Positions 35,967 to 49,194 of a stretch of DNA of 64,000 bases are shown here, one piece after another. Both the position numbers and the translations under genes were made by a program. Each line of letters begins with the position of its first letter. The stretch's first letter is position 1. The notes beneath the pieces were generated by a model. It was not told the DNA's origin. It was given only the letters and a program-made list of their open reading frames with translations, and did no database searches. The DNA is from Macrostomum lignano (taxonomy: Eukaryota), in NCBI GenBank assembly GCA_002269645.1, contig NIVC01000572.1:248001-312000 (forward strand). Direction: 5' to 3'.

Positions 35967-37629
35967 TCAGATAAGTGTATAGTAGTCTGTGTAGCCCACT
36001 GCTCCAGTTGGCGTCCGCCCAACCCGCCGTTGTTCCCGCTGTCTGCGAACAACCCGACGCCGCTTATTGAGCTGCTTGGCCAGCTTACGAGACAGACAGG
36101 CGCCAAGTAGCTGCACAAACAGCCAGGCAGCGGACGCGCCTACCACCAGCCAAGCGTTGCTAAGCAACCAGCTACCAGTTGCGGTCAAGCAGCCATCGGT
36201 AAAGATTTTAGCGCTAGCATTGGCACCGAGGCTCCGGCCGCAGTTGGGATTGCTAGCCAGAGATTCAGCGCGGCAACAGGAGGCTGGAATGCTGCATCGT
36301 GTTGGCAAGGTATTGGCTGCATCGCAGCTGTAGACTGTGTCCATCACATACCAGTCCCGGTATGCAGTTGGCCCGGCCACACCACAGCAGCCGACTTTTG
36401 CTTGCGCCACTTCTAGCAGCCAAACGCTTGCGTTGGTGAAAATCTTCTCCCGAACCATTGTAGAGTTGGTGGCGTTAATTACTGCCTGTTGCCATGGCAA
36501 CAGTTTAGAGCAGAACGAATCCGACAAGCGGCAACCGAGTAACAGGCTAGTAGCGACCAGCTGGCACAGAGCCAGGAATATCACTGAGATAGCGAACTGG
36601 TTGGGGTGTGGCATGTGTTTGTCTAATTTGAAGATCACATTATTTGACAACAGAATTCCTATTTAGAACTAAGTTTTTTATTGGGGTTTTCTTTTGTAGG
36701 ATTTGATTCCAAACTTGAAATTCGGATTTCCCTTTTTTAGGCCTGGATTCCCGATATAAAATTGGGATTTCCCACCTGAAGGTCGGATTCCTCATTTAGA
36801 ATCATATTCTCCAAATTAGAATTGGGATTCCCCTTTTCAGGACTGGATTGCCCTCATTAGAATTGGGATTCCCCTTTTCAGGACTAGATTGCCCTCATTA
36901 GAATTGGGATTCTCCTTTTCAGGACTAGATTGCCCTCATTAGAATTGGGATTCCCCTTTTCAGGACTAGATTCCCTACATTAGGATTCGGATTCCCCTTT
37001 TCAGGACTAGATTCCCTACATTAGGATTGGGATTCCCCTTTTCAGGACTGGATTTCACTCATTAGAATTGGGATTCCCCTTTTCAGGACTAGATTCCCTA
37101 CATAGGATTCGGATTCCCCTTTTCAGGACTGGATTTCCCTCATTAGAATTGGGATTCCCCTTTTCAGGACTAGATTCCCTACATAGGATTCGGATTCCCC
37201 TTTTCAGGACTGGATTTCCCTCATTAGAATTGGGATTCCCCTTTTCAGGACTAGATTCCCTACATTAGGATTCGGATTACCCTTTTCAGGACTGGATTGC
37301 CCTCATTAGAATTGGGATTTCCCATGTTAAAACGGGATTCTCCACAAAAGGATTAGAATCTGGAACATCTGGATTGGCTTACTAAACATAATTTTGATTT
37401 AGTACAAGAAAGTCAATTAAATAAAATTGCTTATACTTACAAATCTCAAGCAGCAGGGCAGGTCTCGTAGCGACCCAGTGCAAGCGAATGTAGACAGGAA
37501 TAAGACAGTGGAGCAGAATGCCAGCAGCAAAAAGAATGGATCAGTGAGGGCGGCACTGACTGATTGATAGTTGGCAGAGTTGCTAATTAGTTGCCAAACA
37601 GCCAGGCAGCATGCCACGCCTGATGCAAT
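35967..37629 (-). CDS. Tetraspanin (first exon not located)
   Basis: Exon 37441-37629 gives the end of TM1 plus TM2 and ACTGSLRDLPCCLRF. Exon 35967-36596 gives TM3, EC2 with CCG, PxSCC and GC motifs, TM4 and a tail ending YYTLI. GT-AG phase 0. Confidence 0.85.
36750..37330. repeat. 42-43-bp minisatellite (tetraspanin intron)
   Basis: Unit attagaattgggattccccttttcaggact(a/g)gatt(g/t)ccctc. Confidence 0.9.
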
Positions 37630-39309
37630 CTAGACAGATGAGGAAGATCTGTGGGAATTCTTTATTATAAACCTGATAGTCATGCAGGCAAATAAGTCCT
37701 TGTACCTGCATAAATAAATATAAAAACTAAACTAGACTTACTAACTTTTTTATTTTGATACATAAATAATATTTTAATCTATCACTATCATTTTAAATTA
37801 AATTTACAAATAAGCAACATACCCAAACAGCAAAACTTGTAGAGAAGACATAGCACTTTGCGCATTTGCTCACTCTTGGCATGTCAGATAGATCTTGCAT
37901 TGACCAAGAATTTGGCATGGCATTGATTGGAAACCGATAAGCCATATTGGCTTCTGCAATGAATTTCATTAAATTATTTAAATCTGTTTTCATTGCAGCT
38001 TTAGACAAAAAAGTCTCTTTATATGTACAGTTTTTTAATGTATATACTCAGTTCCTTGAATTAAAAAATGTTTAGCCTTAGTTAAATAGCTCAATGTTCT
38101 ATCAAGTGTTCTATTTAACTGATACTTGATACATAGAAATTTCAATATAACATTAAATAACTAACAGACTTTATGATTATTGGATTCAACTTTGTAATGG
38201 AGCTTATAGTTAAATATTAAGAAACAAATATTATTTTAACTAACAAAAAATGGTTTTTAGTAACTGGTAGCATTGCAATTTAATTTTAAGAATAGTAATG
38301 CTAGAATGAGAATCAAATAGGCAAGTCCCATTTATAGTAATGTGTAAGCATTGATGATACAACAATAGTTACCTTGATATACAATTATAGGTTTAATAAC
38401 TATTTAAATGATGAATATTAAATGCATTGTGAATAAATATTTGCATATGATATGGATAAGGTATTAAAATCCTCATGACCTTACCTACACACACTGAATT
38501 TTAGTTCTCTTGTAGGCTTGGCATCAACCTTAGTATAAGCTACTAGTCTTGGATTGCATTCTCTGGACATGTGCAACTAATTTGTATTGCTAGACTTCTG
38601 CTGTCTATAACATATTGTTAAGGTTAGTAACAATATTATCATTAGCATTGGATTAATGCTCAGCATGTATACCAATATGGCAATAGTCCATAAAAAATAA
38701 ATATCTTATTAACTTTGTCACATTTTATAGAGGTCCCACCTTAAACCAAACTTGAATCATTAGCAATTTAGCCAAATTTTTGCCTTCATTTTATCATTGT
38801 GAAGTGAGTACCAGTTTACTATTAGGTGCCCCACTTTAGTCAGTAGTCTCTTGCACCCTTTGAGTTGTTGACTGCCACTGGTCACAGCTCTTCCTTTCTC
38901 CATTTCTTCCCTTTTTGGCTGCCTGCATTCCCTCCCTTGATTTTCCTTTTTCAGTGCATTCTTGTTTTTCAGTGTCTAAGCTTCAAAGCTTCACTGCTTA
39001 GCTTGCTCTTGGTTTATTGCCTGTCTGGCTACCCCTCTTCTGGCTACCCCTACTTTTTAAATGCATATTTCAAGCAAAAATTACAAAAAAACTATTTTGT
39101 TAATCTACAATTTTGTTATTTTGTCCCTAAAAATTATCTTCCTTTATATGCTAGGCTACTGATTCTAAATCCTTTAAATTATTCTTTATTTACTTATCTA
39201 TATTTAAGGTGTTTCAGTTGTAGGGGCTAGACAAGATCTTAATCTTGATTTTAATAATCAAGATTTTGATGCCTTTCTTAATCTTAATTTTGGGCGTTTT
39301 GGCTTAAAG

Positions 39310-39310
<1 letters not shown>

Positions 39311-39360
<50 letters not shown>
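39311..39360. repeat. (TA)n microsatellite
   Basis: About 25 TA units. Confidence 0.97.
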
Positions 39361-39362
<2 letters not shown>

Positions 39363-41454
39363 CATAAGATCTAGGGCCTAATATATAAAAAAGGCAAGAT
39401 TTGTAACTTATGTGACTTTTGGTAGGCCCTTTAACTACAATATTATTATACATAAGCAACTGCTAGCTAGCCAACCTGGCTGATCTAGCCACCATAAATT
39501 GTGGTAGACTAGGGGTAAATTGCAAAAATGCCCAACCCAAGGTCAAGGAATATTATATAAAGGTAGTAGATACTACTAGTACTAATTAGATGACAAAGCA
39601 TTTAGCCTTAATAAGATAGTCATAGTTACTCCTGCTGTTTACCCAAAATTGCATTAATTTTGCTTTAGGCCTAGGGTTTAGACATTGTAAGTTGCATGGC
39701 CAGTGTAGTAAATCAAGGGGGTTACACATGACATACATGATATCATTAGGCCTAGGCCTATATTCATGTTTGATATGATATATATCAAGCTATTAACAAG
39801 CTTAGTATTATATTTCATTTTTAGTATATAGGACAATATTTCATAATTGTTTATCCTTATTATCATCATTGTAACAAATATTAGCATTGATACTGATAGG
39901 CCCTAGATAGAACATAGAAGTGAAAGCAGAAAGCTATAGATATTAAGTCTCAAAAATCTCAAATATGTGATATTGTCCTAGTAAAGGGCTTACATTAGGC
40001 CTATTATGCTTATAAAATATGAATTAAATAGGCCTAGGCCCTAAATGTATCTTTTATTAAGTTTTAATTTTGTTTTATCCATTGTCAATAGACCATGAAC
40101 TTGTAGCGTAGGCCTTATTTTAATCCCAATTGCAGCCTACAGGCATTTACATAATTGTGTGTAGGCCTAACCCCTAATCAATACTTGTTAGACTCTGAAA
40201 AACATACTGATGTAGTGATGTTGAATGGTTCAAGTTCAAGCATGCACCTCGCAAAAAATAGCTAGGCTACCCATACCCAGTAGGTCCCCTGGGCCTGGGC
40301 CTGGGCTACATCGCGGGCCTATAGCTAGCTTCTATTCCGCGGTTGAATCACAGAGCAATTTTTTTCTGAGAAACACGAGTCAAGTTAAGCAAAGGCTTAC
40401 TAAGGAGAACCCCGACCGCCAGAATCCTTAATTCTCTGTTGAGAATAATAAACGTTAAAATAGTAGCTGAATTATCAAACTTTGTTCCACTACGACAATT
40501 ACTGGTTTACCTGGTGACGACTGGCCCACCACTCGATATCCGCTTGAAATGTTGATATTATGCTTCTCGAAGTACGACTAATATATCTTTAATTCTTCTT
40601 CGAAAAAAGCTATGTTGACTGCTTACTCGATATTAATCGGTTTCTAAAGCATTGTTTGGAAAGCATTGTTAGGAGTGCCTAACTTATACATGTAGTGACG
40701 GGCTTATTGGACTGCCCTACTACATGTATTTACAATTAGATTTGAACTGTTTTTAATTAATTTTTAATATTCAATTCAACTACATGTAAATCAATGCCTT
40801 TAAAATTGAAGCCGTGGTAATCCGGATTGTCAGCGTTACAAGCATATCTAATACATTTAGCTGAAGTAGATGAAATATTTTACGAGTTGGATGTGCAGGA
40901 CGTGATCTGCAATAAATAACTTGTATTGACAGCTTAAAATTAAGATGGCGCCACCCATATCTCACTCCGAATTGATGGCCGAGATATACACATAGGCAGT
41001 AAAGGTGATGGCATCGATGTTGTTTAATCCGATTACAATTGGAAAGGCTCGCAAGCTTGCTGCTGTGATTGTACATATGTACAATATTGTACATTTATTT
41101 AAAGAATCTTAGCTAGGTTTCGTAGCTATAGATTCATGTGTGCGCTCGTACTATATTTTTACTCGTGTACAAAGTTCACGAGAATATTGAATTGGAGATA
41201 AATTAGATCATACTTACGGACTCATAGGTGTTTTAGAAACTTTGATTAGTCACTGTTGCAGAATAACTCCATTACTAATTAAACACATACAGCTAATATC
41301 ATTAAGATACTCACACCTTTCGCCTGTCTCTTGTTCTTGTCTGCAGCTCTTATATACACATTTATACAGTACATCCCGTTTGCTGATTTGCCAACTGCGA
41401 GCGAGTTGAAAGAAAAAATTCTAAATGCACATGATGCCTCAGCAAAGTCACAGA

Positions 41455-42302
41455 GTGTCACTGCAGCAAGTGCCACCTCAACAATGTCACAGTGTCACTA
41501 CAGCCAGTGCCACCTCAGCAATGTCACAGTGTCACTACAGCCAGTGTCACCTCAGCAATGTCAGTGTCACTGCAGCAAGTGCCACCTCAGCAATGTCACA
41601 GTGTCACTACAGCCAGTGCCACCTCAGCAATGTCACAGTGTCACTACAGCAAGTGCCACCTCAGCAATGTCACAGTGTCACTACAGCAAGTGCCACCTCA
41701 GCAATGTCACAGTGTCACTACAGCAAGTGCCACCTCAGCAATGTCACAGTGTCACTACAGCAAGTGCCACCTCAGCAATGTCACAGTGTCACTACAGCCA
41801 GTGCCACCTCAGCAATGTCACAGTGTCACTACAGCAAGTGCCACCTCAGCAATGTCACAGTGTCACTGCAGCCAGTGTCACCTCAGCAATGTCAGTGTCA
41901 CTGCAGCAAGTGCCACCTCAGCAATGTCACAGTGTCACTGCAGCCAGTGTCACCTCAGCAATGTCAGTGTCACTGCAGCAAGTGCCACCTCAGCAATGTC
42001 ACAGTGTCACTACAGCAAGTGCCACCTCAGCAATGTCACAGTGTCACTGCAGCCAGTGTCACCTCAGCAATGTCAGTGTCACTGCAGCAAGTGCCACCTC
42101 AGCAATGTCACAGTGTCACTACAGCAAGTGCCACCTCAGCAATGTCACAGTGTCACTACAGCCAGTGCCACCTCAGCAATGTCACAGTGTCACTACAGCA
42201 AGTGCCACCTCAGCAATGTCACAGTGTCACTACAGCCAGTGCCACCTCAGCAATGTCACAGTGTCACTACAGCAAGTGCCACCTCAGCAATGTCACAGTG
42301 TC
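41455..42302. repeat. 37-bp minisatellite (with 35-bp variants), about 23 copies
   Basis: Unit cagtgtcactacagcaagtgccacctcagcaatgtca. It has no stop codons in any plus frame, which explains three overlapping ORFs. Confidence 0.95.
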
Positions 42303-43976
42303 AAAATAATCACTACTACGTCCTCTAGCACTGCGTCATATCTATATTTCTCGAATACCATTTGTAATTGGCTTTCCTGGCGGTGCTGAAGGATTTTTTA
42401 TGTCTGAAGCCTCACTGATGATGAACGGACAGGCAAATTAGGCAAAGCAAATCTTTCATTAAATCAAAGTAAAACTGATTTCGGCAATCATCATAGAATC
42501 TCAAATCCTTGAAAATATAAAATTAAAACCGTTTAATTAGGCCATATCCCAGCCATTCGACACAGTGGCTTAGCTGGTAAGCTAGTCCATGAAGAAAGTG
42601 AAAAGCTTTCCAGGCTCATATCGAAATGTCACGCGATGTTTCACTATAGGGTCTTCCGAACAGAAAAACCCCCAACTAATTGCAGATCTGCAGGATTAAT
42701 TATCTTGTGGAAAAGAACTTGATTAAAGTAAAATTGCAAAGCAAACTCACAAATCATGCGTGTGCTTAATGAATTAATCCTGCTGATCAATGTTTTTCTA
42801 GGATGTCATGATTTTTTGTTGAAGCCAAATTCAAAGTATCATTTCTTTGCGAATTTTCTCGAAAATTTCACTTTTTTGAGAAAAAAAATACCTCAGTTAT
42901 GGCGCAAAAGAAACATAAGTGTGGTGATTTTTCTGCAATATTTCATCACGGCTTCATAAGATCCTCCCAGAGGCATCCTCGATGAACATACTAACCCTGG
43001 CTGCCACAACTCACTTGGAGTCCTTGCCTGTCTGTCTTCATCTTCACCTAAAACCCCCCGGGGAGCCAGCGCCTGCAGGTACAAATCAAAGACTGCTACA
43101 CAAGCGCTTGGTTCAGAAAGATGCAGCCTAGACATGTTTTTCTAGTCTCTAAGAGTGCTTGAATTGCACGTTGCAAAGGCTCAATTAATCGCGAATGGAA
43201 AAAAAGCTTAGGCTTCCACTTAGCCTTGCGTGCTATTATATATTGTGATCGATCGATGTGCAATACGATGTACATAATGGGACGATGGGCCAAAGCTCAA
43301 GCCGATTGGCTGCAGAGGAGAGAAGAACTGAATGGGGTGGGGGTTGAACATTCAAGGGCCGAAGGGTTAAGTTGGCTGGCGGGAAAGTACATTGAATAGC
43401 GGGGCTGACAAGAGCGCGCAGCGCACGGGGACGGCTCACACACGACACACACTTAAATTAGATGCTTCTGATATAATGAACCAAAGCCGTGCATTCGGTA
43501 GCATTATTGTATTCCAAGCGTCGCACCAAAAATAAAATTTGAGCAACTGCTCACTCAATCGACTGAACTGCGTCGAGAATAGCTTTAGTACAATAGGTTG
43601 GTTTGATTAAGCTGCAGAACCTGAACAACAACAAAGGACTGCAGATTGAGTTTGTTCCAAAATGAAATTAATTTTTGTTTTTTTATTGAAGTGATAATAA
43701 AAAGAGCTTGAAGCTTCTAGCAAAGCTCGCACTTGATTTACTGCCCTTACGGGAATTGCGATTGCAGAAATCTCCCCTCAATCTCCTCTCCTCTTGAGCC
43801 AGCCAATCAAACTGCTGCGCGCTAAAGCCAGTGGAAATTTCCTGATGAGAGAAAGGTAAAAAAGCGAGACAGACAGAGCCTGTCTGCAATCCCGCTGCAA
43901 TTGGAAATTGGAATTCCGGAAACTCACTTCGGACTCATTGAACTCTATAAGAAGGTCTCAACAACCTACAACTCAA

Positions 43977-45200
43977 ATGGAAGGCAACAACAGCTCCAAC
44001 GGAACTTTGCCCTTGGCCCAGATCCTGCTAGTTGTAGAAAGAAACTGTCAAAAATCCTCTGTCGATGGTAATTTGTCCGATGCTGTCGCTGGCTTGTCAG
44101 CCCCTGCAAATGGCAGCTCAGGTGCTGATCAGATGCCAGACTTGTCAAGCACCGAGTTCTACTTGTTGCTCTTGATGTCCCTTGCAGCCGTCAACGTAGT
44201 GACTAACATAGCCTGCGTCTATGTGGTACAAAAGCTTCTCAGCAGATGCTTCATCACTGGCCTGCTAGTGTTCCTGTCCGTAGCTGAGGTAGCGTTCAAC
44301 GCCACCCAACTGGTCTATCAGCTGCTGATCTGGTGGTACGGAGTTCGGCAAAGCAGGTTCAACTCGGTAGGCCGTGGCTTAGCCATCGGCTGGGCGTTCT
44401 GGACTGCCATGCTGGCCAGCCAGGCGGCCCTGATGCTGCGCAACTGGGCGGTAGTTCTCATCTCGTGCGCCAGATTTGAACGCTTATACTTCCCGTATCG
44501 CCCAGTGAAGTACGCAACCAAGCGACGCCTGACACCCGCTGTTGCGGCCCTGATGCTGCTCTGCGTCGGCTGCAGCCTCACTAAGGCAATGCGCTACAAC
44601 CTGGTCATCTGCTCCGACTTGCTCACGGTCAGTCAGGAGGCAACTTGGCTATATGAGTCCCGAGCGCGCAAAAGCTTCTTTATTTTGTCGAGCTACGTCA
44701 TGTCCACGCTGGGGCCAGTGATTCTGGTCACGGCTCTCAACGGACTTATTATCTGCGCTCTTAGCCGGCAGCGAAGGCGATTGCAGCGGCATCAGCAGGG
44801 AAATGCCAACACCGCGGCGACTGCTCGTCCGGCAGCGGCACCAGCTGCTGGTGGTGGTGGCAGCGCGGTGAACAAGTCTGTGGACCGGCTCCTGATGCTG
44901 CTGGTGTCCAGTTTTGTCCTGTGCGAACTGCCCGCGTTTGCCGCCGGCCTGCTGGACGGCACATTGTCGGCTGGCGCGACGCACCATCTCATCCACATGG
45001 CTCACCTGGCTACGGCTTTGGACTCAACACTGAACGTGCTATTTTACGTTCTGTCGCAGAAGCCGGGAAAGCTGACTGCCTGTCTGCGGAGGGTGTGCGG
45101 CGCCTGCTCGCAGCAGGGGGCCGCAGCCGTCGGGTCACCTGGCATCGGCGCGGCGAAGGAGATCGAAGCGATTCCTCTGCGTGCGACTGCTGAAAATTGA
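43977..45200 (+). CDS. Intronless rhodopsin-like (class A) orphan/peptide-type GPCR, about 407 aa
   Basis: First ATG at 43977 (MEGNNSSNGT) with N-glycosylation sequons and seven hydrophobic segments. TM1 ...TNIAC, TM2 LSVAE, TM3 RNWAVVLISCARF, TM5 P, TM6 FVLCELP, TM7 DSTLNVLFY. Confidence 0.9.
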   Translation: MEGNNSSNGTLPLAQILLVVERNCQKSSVDGNLSDAVAGLSAPANGSSGADQMPDLSSTEFYLLLLMSLAAVNVVTNIACVYVVQKLLSRCFITGLLVFLSVAEVAFNATQLVYQLLIWWYGVRQSRFNSVGRGLAIGWAFWTAMLASQAALMLRNWAVVLISCARFERLYFPYRPVKYATKRRLTPAVAALMLLCVGCSLTKAMRYNLVICSDLLTVSQEATWLYESRARKSFFILSSYVMSTLGPVILVTALNGLIICALSRQRRRLQRHQQGNANTAATARPAAAPAAGGGGSAVNKSVDRLLMLLVSSFVLCELPAFAAGLLDGTLSAGATHHLIHMAHLATALDSTLNVLFYVLSQKPGKLTACLRRVCGACSQQGAAAVGSPGIGAAKEIEAIPLRATAEN

Positions 45201-46044
45201 CTTTGCATAACTGCCAGCTTCTATGCGATTCTCTGCTTAGTTTTGCACTTTAATAAAAAATATACACAGCTTTGATGTCGATAGTATGCCGTCAACTCGG
45301 ACTCTCGATATTAAGTCCAGTGAACATGACTCTCTCCACTTGCAGATTGCAATAATTTCAATACTGGGATTAAGTTAACAGTGCAGCGCTGCGTGGTGAA
45401 GGGAGAAATGAAATTTCTGAGGATTACGTACTCAGTGGATGGGATCAGCACCCGCTTATCTGTGGAATTAGGCTTGCAATGGAAACGGAAAAATCATTGT
45501 GAAAGCCTGAAAAAAATTAGACGATGCGAACGATTTGGAAGTGGCTTCACTTCCTATTCACGTACGCCTCACCTGGCTGAGGACAGGTTTATGAGAGGCG
45601 CACTTCCTCCTCCATCATAAAGCGATAATCTCCGAGCATTAAGAATGTGAAGCTTCTTATTCCTGGAAAATCCCCTTTTACTAGAGGAAATCAGAATCGA
45701 AAAAATGAACTATAGTACTCCCGAAGTCATTTTTCAGCATTCTTTTCGTTTGTAGAGTTCAAATTTTTTGGGGCTAGCTAATTTCAACGCTTCAATAGAT
45801 TTCGGTCAGTTAGTATCTGTTATAATAAAAGTTGACAACGACCTCGCATTAAAGGTTAAAAAAGGTCATTTATTTCTCTAAATTTGGTGATCACACTCTT
45901 CTATATAGTCTTCCGTGGTCAGCCAGCACCCACTTTCTCAGACATTCCTCTAAGCAGCTGACATAAACAACCCCTAAACCATGCACGCTCTCATACTGCC
46001 CCACGAGTTCAACAACGGTTGGCGGTCATTATGAATGAGCGTAA

Positions 46045-46320
46045 GGTTACCTGTTGATAAAGTTACCTGTTGAGGAGAGTTACCTATTGACGAGGGTTAC
46101 CTGTTGAAGAGGGTTACCTGTTGAAGAGGGTTACCTGTTGAAGAGGGTTACCTGTTGAAGAGGGTTACCTGTTGAAGAGGGTTACCTGTTGAAGAGGGTT
46201 ACCTGTCGAAGAGGGTTACCTGTTGAAGAGGGTTACCTGTTGAAGAGGGTTACCTGTCGAAGAGGGTTACCTGTTGAACTGGGTTACCTGTTGAACTGGG
46301 TTACCTGTTGAATAGGGTTA
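46045..46320. repeat. 17-bp minisatellite, about 15 copies
   Basis: Unit agggttacctgttgaag. Confidence 0.93.
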
Positions 46321-47879
46321 CTTTTTTAAAGGACTACCTGTTACTACGTAGATCGGGTTTATCATGGTCTTTCCAGTTCTCTCGACCAACGTGCACTAGC
46401 ACGCACCACAACCACCTGGGAGTCCCAGAGGCAGAGAATTAATTACTGCCCAGATGCCTCCCTTCCGTCTGCTTGTCGTGCATGCGTCGCCCTCGGATGG
46501 AAGAAATTGATTGAGCCTCTTCTTCTTCTCCAGGCCAAGCAGGTTGAGTTTATTTTTTCGATTTTTTCTCATTAAAAAGAAGTCGAGTCTTTTGAATTCT
46601 TCAAATATCTGACAATGAGAAGTGGACTGGTGATGAAATGAAATAAATATTCTAATAGAAGTCAGTCGAATTGGCTAAGCGTCAGGTTAGTTGACTAATT
46701 TATATTCCATTTTTGCGAGAATTTGCACATCGTTAAGCCCGACAGCTCATGCACGCAAGGAGCCTGTTTTGCTCCGCCCTTGTTGAGTCCTCGACAGAAT
46801 GAGGCCGAGGCAGACCATGCAATTTGGAGACTTATAATTCAGATAAGTGGCTATAAAATTGGGAAATTAGGGAATTAAAAAGATTAGCGCACGTGCCTGC
46901 GTTTCTTCGCTCTGGCGCAGCAAAAACAGTCAGGCGGAATTCCCCTTGGTAGTTCGATGGGCGGTAAAATGGCTAGGTATTGCTACTGTTAAAATTTGGG
47001 TTCCTACTTTTAAAGTACATTCCCTTTTTTGTTGACAAGTATTCAAAATGATAATGGTCGACCGTCTGTATACGGAAGATGGCCCCAAGAAACCGTTTGC
47101 ACATATTTTTTCGTTTTAAATGTCGACTTTTAAAGGAAGTTTTGAACCATAGACATTTCTAACAATGACATCTCAGCGTACTCAAGTTTTGGAGCGGATC
47201 AGATCGAAGTCTGCTCAGGAAAGCGTACATGACAAAGCTCTTGTGGCAGTAGTTGCCAAAATGACTGAGTCCATGCAAGGAAGCATGCACCGGAATGCAC
47301 GAAAGGGTTAAACGATAACCCTAACCCCAACTCGAACGTTAAGTCGGCATCGATAATGTTTGAGAGTTCTGAAAGTTCTGAAAGTTCGACGCAGTTTGAG
47401 TTTGAGCGAGAGCTGCTGAGTCGCATGCAATGCCCTAGAGGACATTCTGTTTCTCAAACTTAGCAGATCTTGTCTCTGTGCCATTCTTAGTAGATCTTCT
47501 CAATCTGCTCGGTTCTTGCAGGATCTTCTAAGAAGGGAGGTACATTTTGTAGTGATCCGCTAGTTTGGTGTCAGGCGGCGGACTATTGTCAGCAGCTTCC
47601 TTCGCCCTCGCCCTCGCCCTGGGTTGCTGTCTGCCGCTGGGCAGCCTCCCCCCCTTTTGCTGCCTGTTCTCTGGCGCCCCCCCCTCTTCTCTGCGCTCTT
47701 GCTTGCAGCCACGAGCTTCTCTGCTGTGGCCTGCTCTGCGGTTCGTTCCTGTCCTGAGCTCACGCTGGCGGCCTGTTTCCCTTGTCATGTGAGCAAGTCA
47801 CCTGACAAGTCTTGTTTTCTCGAAGTCCTAAAGTGCAGTAAACATGTTTACTGCACTCGTTGGCCCGTGTTTACAGGAG

Positions 47880-48112
47880 GAATCACGTGCTTCGGGGCCC
47901 TTGCCTTCTCTAAGGTAATAGGTGACTCATGTTTCTAAAAATAGATTCTGAGTCATGCGGCCTTGTGCACTTTACCCGCAGACCCTGCCTTCTCTAAGGC
48001 AGAGAGTGACGTCAGTTCTAAAAATAGAACAGAGTCACGAGGTCCGGCGCACACTGGTGCAGCGGGGATTTCCTGCCTATAAATACGTGCCCGTCACCCT
48101 TGGTTCAGTCAA
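47880..48112 (+). promoter_or_regulatory. Pol II promoter-like module (possibly a solo LTR)
   Basis: CACGTG at 47884, TGACTCA at 47923, TGAGTCA at 47949, TGACGTCA at 48007, TATAAATA at 48078-48085 and Inr-like TCAGTC at 48105-48110, about 29 nt after the TATA. Confidence 0.5.
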
Positions 48113-49194
48113 GGATTTGTCTTCCTAGTCTCCTAGTTGTCGAATTAGTCTTCTTATTGTCTTCCTGTTGTTCTTCTTTAGTCTAGTTTTCCAGACTCAG
48201 TTCAGTTGCCCATTGGCCTGACTAAACTTAGACGCCCAAGCCTAAGGGAGGCTAAGGGAGGCTAAGTTTACCTACATGTAAGTATTATCATAGCGAAGAT
48301 CTTGCACGTTCTTGCAAGTACTTGTGCAGCAACACAAGAAGATAGATAAGATTTGTTAAGAATCAGCAAATCAATGTCTTCTAGGGTGGTGGGCTCAGCA
48401 CGCCTGTGTAGTATGAGACAGACCAGGCTTACGAGCTAAGGTCTGCGATCCTACACACCTGCACCCCCTCTATTCTGGTGCAGGAATGGCAGGAGAACTC
48501 TCTCCAAGCTGACTCACAAGCCGACCGAGGGATTCACGTCCCGCATGTGTTCAAGGCAGCCCTAGGGCTGCTGGACTGACTGGGCTCTGGTGGCGGCAAC
48601 CCATCCGTGGCCAGCTGGCCGATTTGGGTACGGGCCCCGCCCGGAAGTGAACCTGTGCGTATCAGGTACCTCTGGCCACGGCTCTGAGGAACAGGTACCA
48701 CCCTCTGACCTTAACAGGGTATGCGGCCAGTCTGCAGGCTCCGGGGACAGCCTCTTGTCCCCCTCAAGGGCCCAGTGTAGCACGAAGCATACAGGCCTTT
48801 GGTTCGGCCTCTGGTTTCTCCAAGCCGGGCTCTTAATTAGCCAGGGAGTTTCTCGGTTGCTAGCGGTCGGGCCGGTAAGGGCTTAAGCCACCCCCCAGTC
48901 GCTATCTCTTGGCCTGGCTGGTGGGTTTGGGGTTACGGCCCAGCGGCTTCTCACCTCTAGTCCCCATTCGCCTTTCAGCGACTCATGTGGTCCCCAGGGG
49001 TTAGCGAAATGGGCGGCAACGCCTCCTCGCTCTTTCCGGACGCACGGAGCCCCCTGCAGCTAGGTCAAAAGTAAGAGCTGCTGAGTCAGTTTGCTCACCC
49101 TGCTTGCTCTCAGTCGGCTTAATCATGGATTTCATGGATGATTATTATTATTACTATATTAAGCTAAAACTGGCTGATCACTCTGGATACTTCA

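Noticed and set aside
41331-42389. Three overlapping Cys/His/Ser-rich ORFs resembling metallothionein or mucin
   Set aside because: All three plus frames are open because the 37-bp unit lacks stops; a non-triplet period is incompatible with coding constraint.
42893-43293. Candidate first exon for the tetraspanin
   Set aside because: No ATG-initiated frame reaches a phase-0 donor with a tetraspanin-like TM1 start.
45920-46540. GC-richer patches with an NSWG (cathepsin-like) tetrapeptide on the minus strand
   Set aside because: Surrounding frames contain stops and no other protease motifs; the evidence is insufficient.
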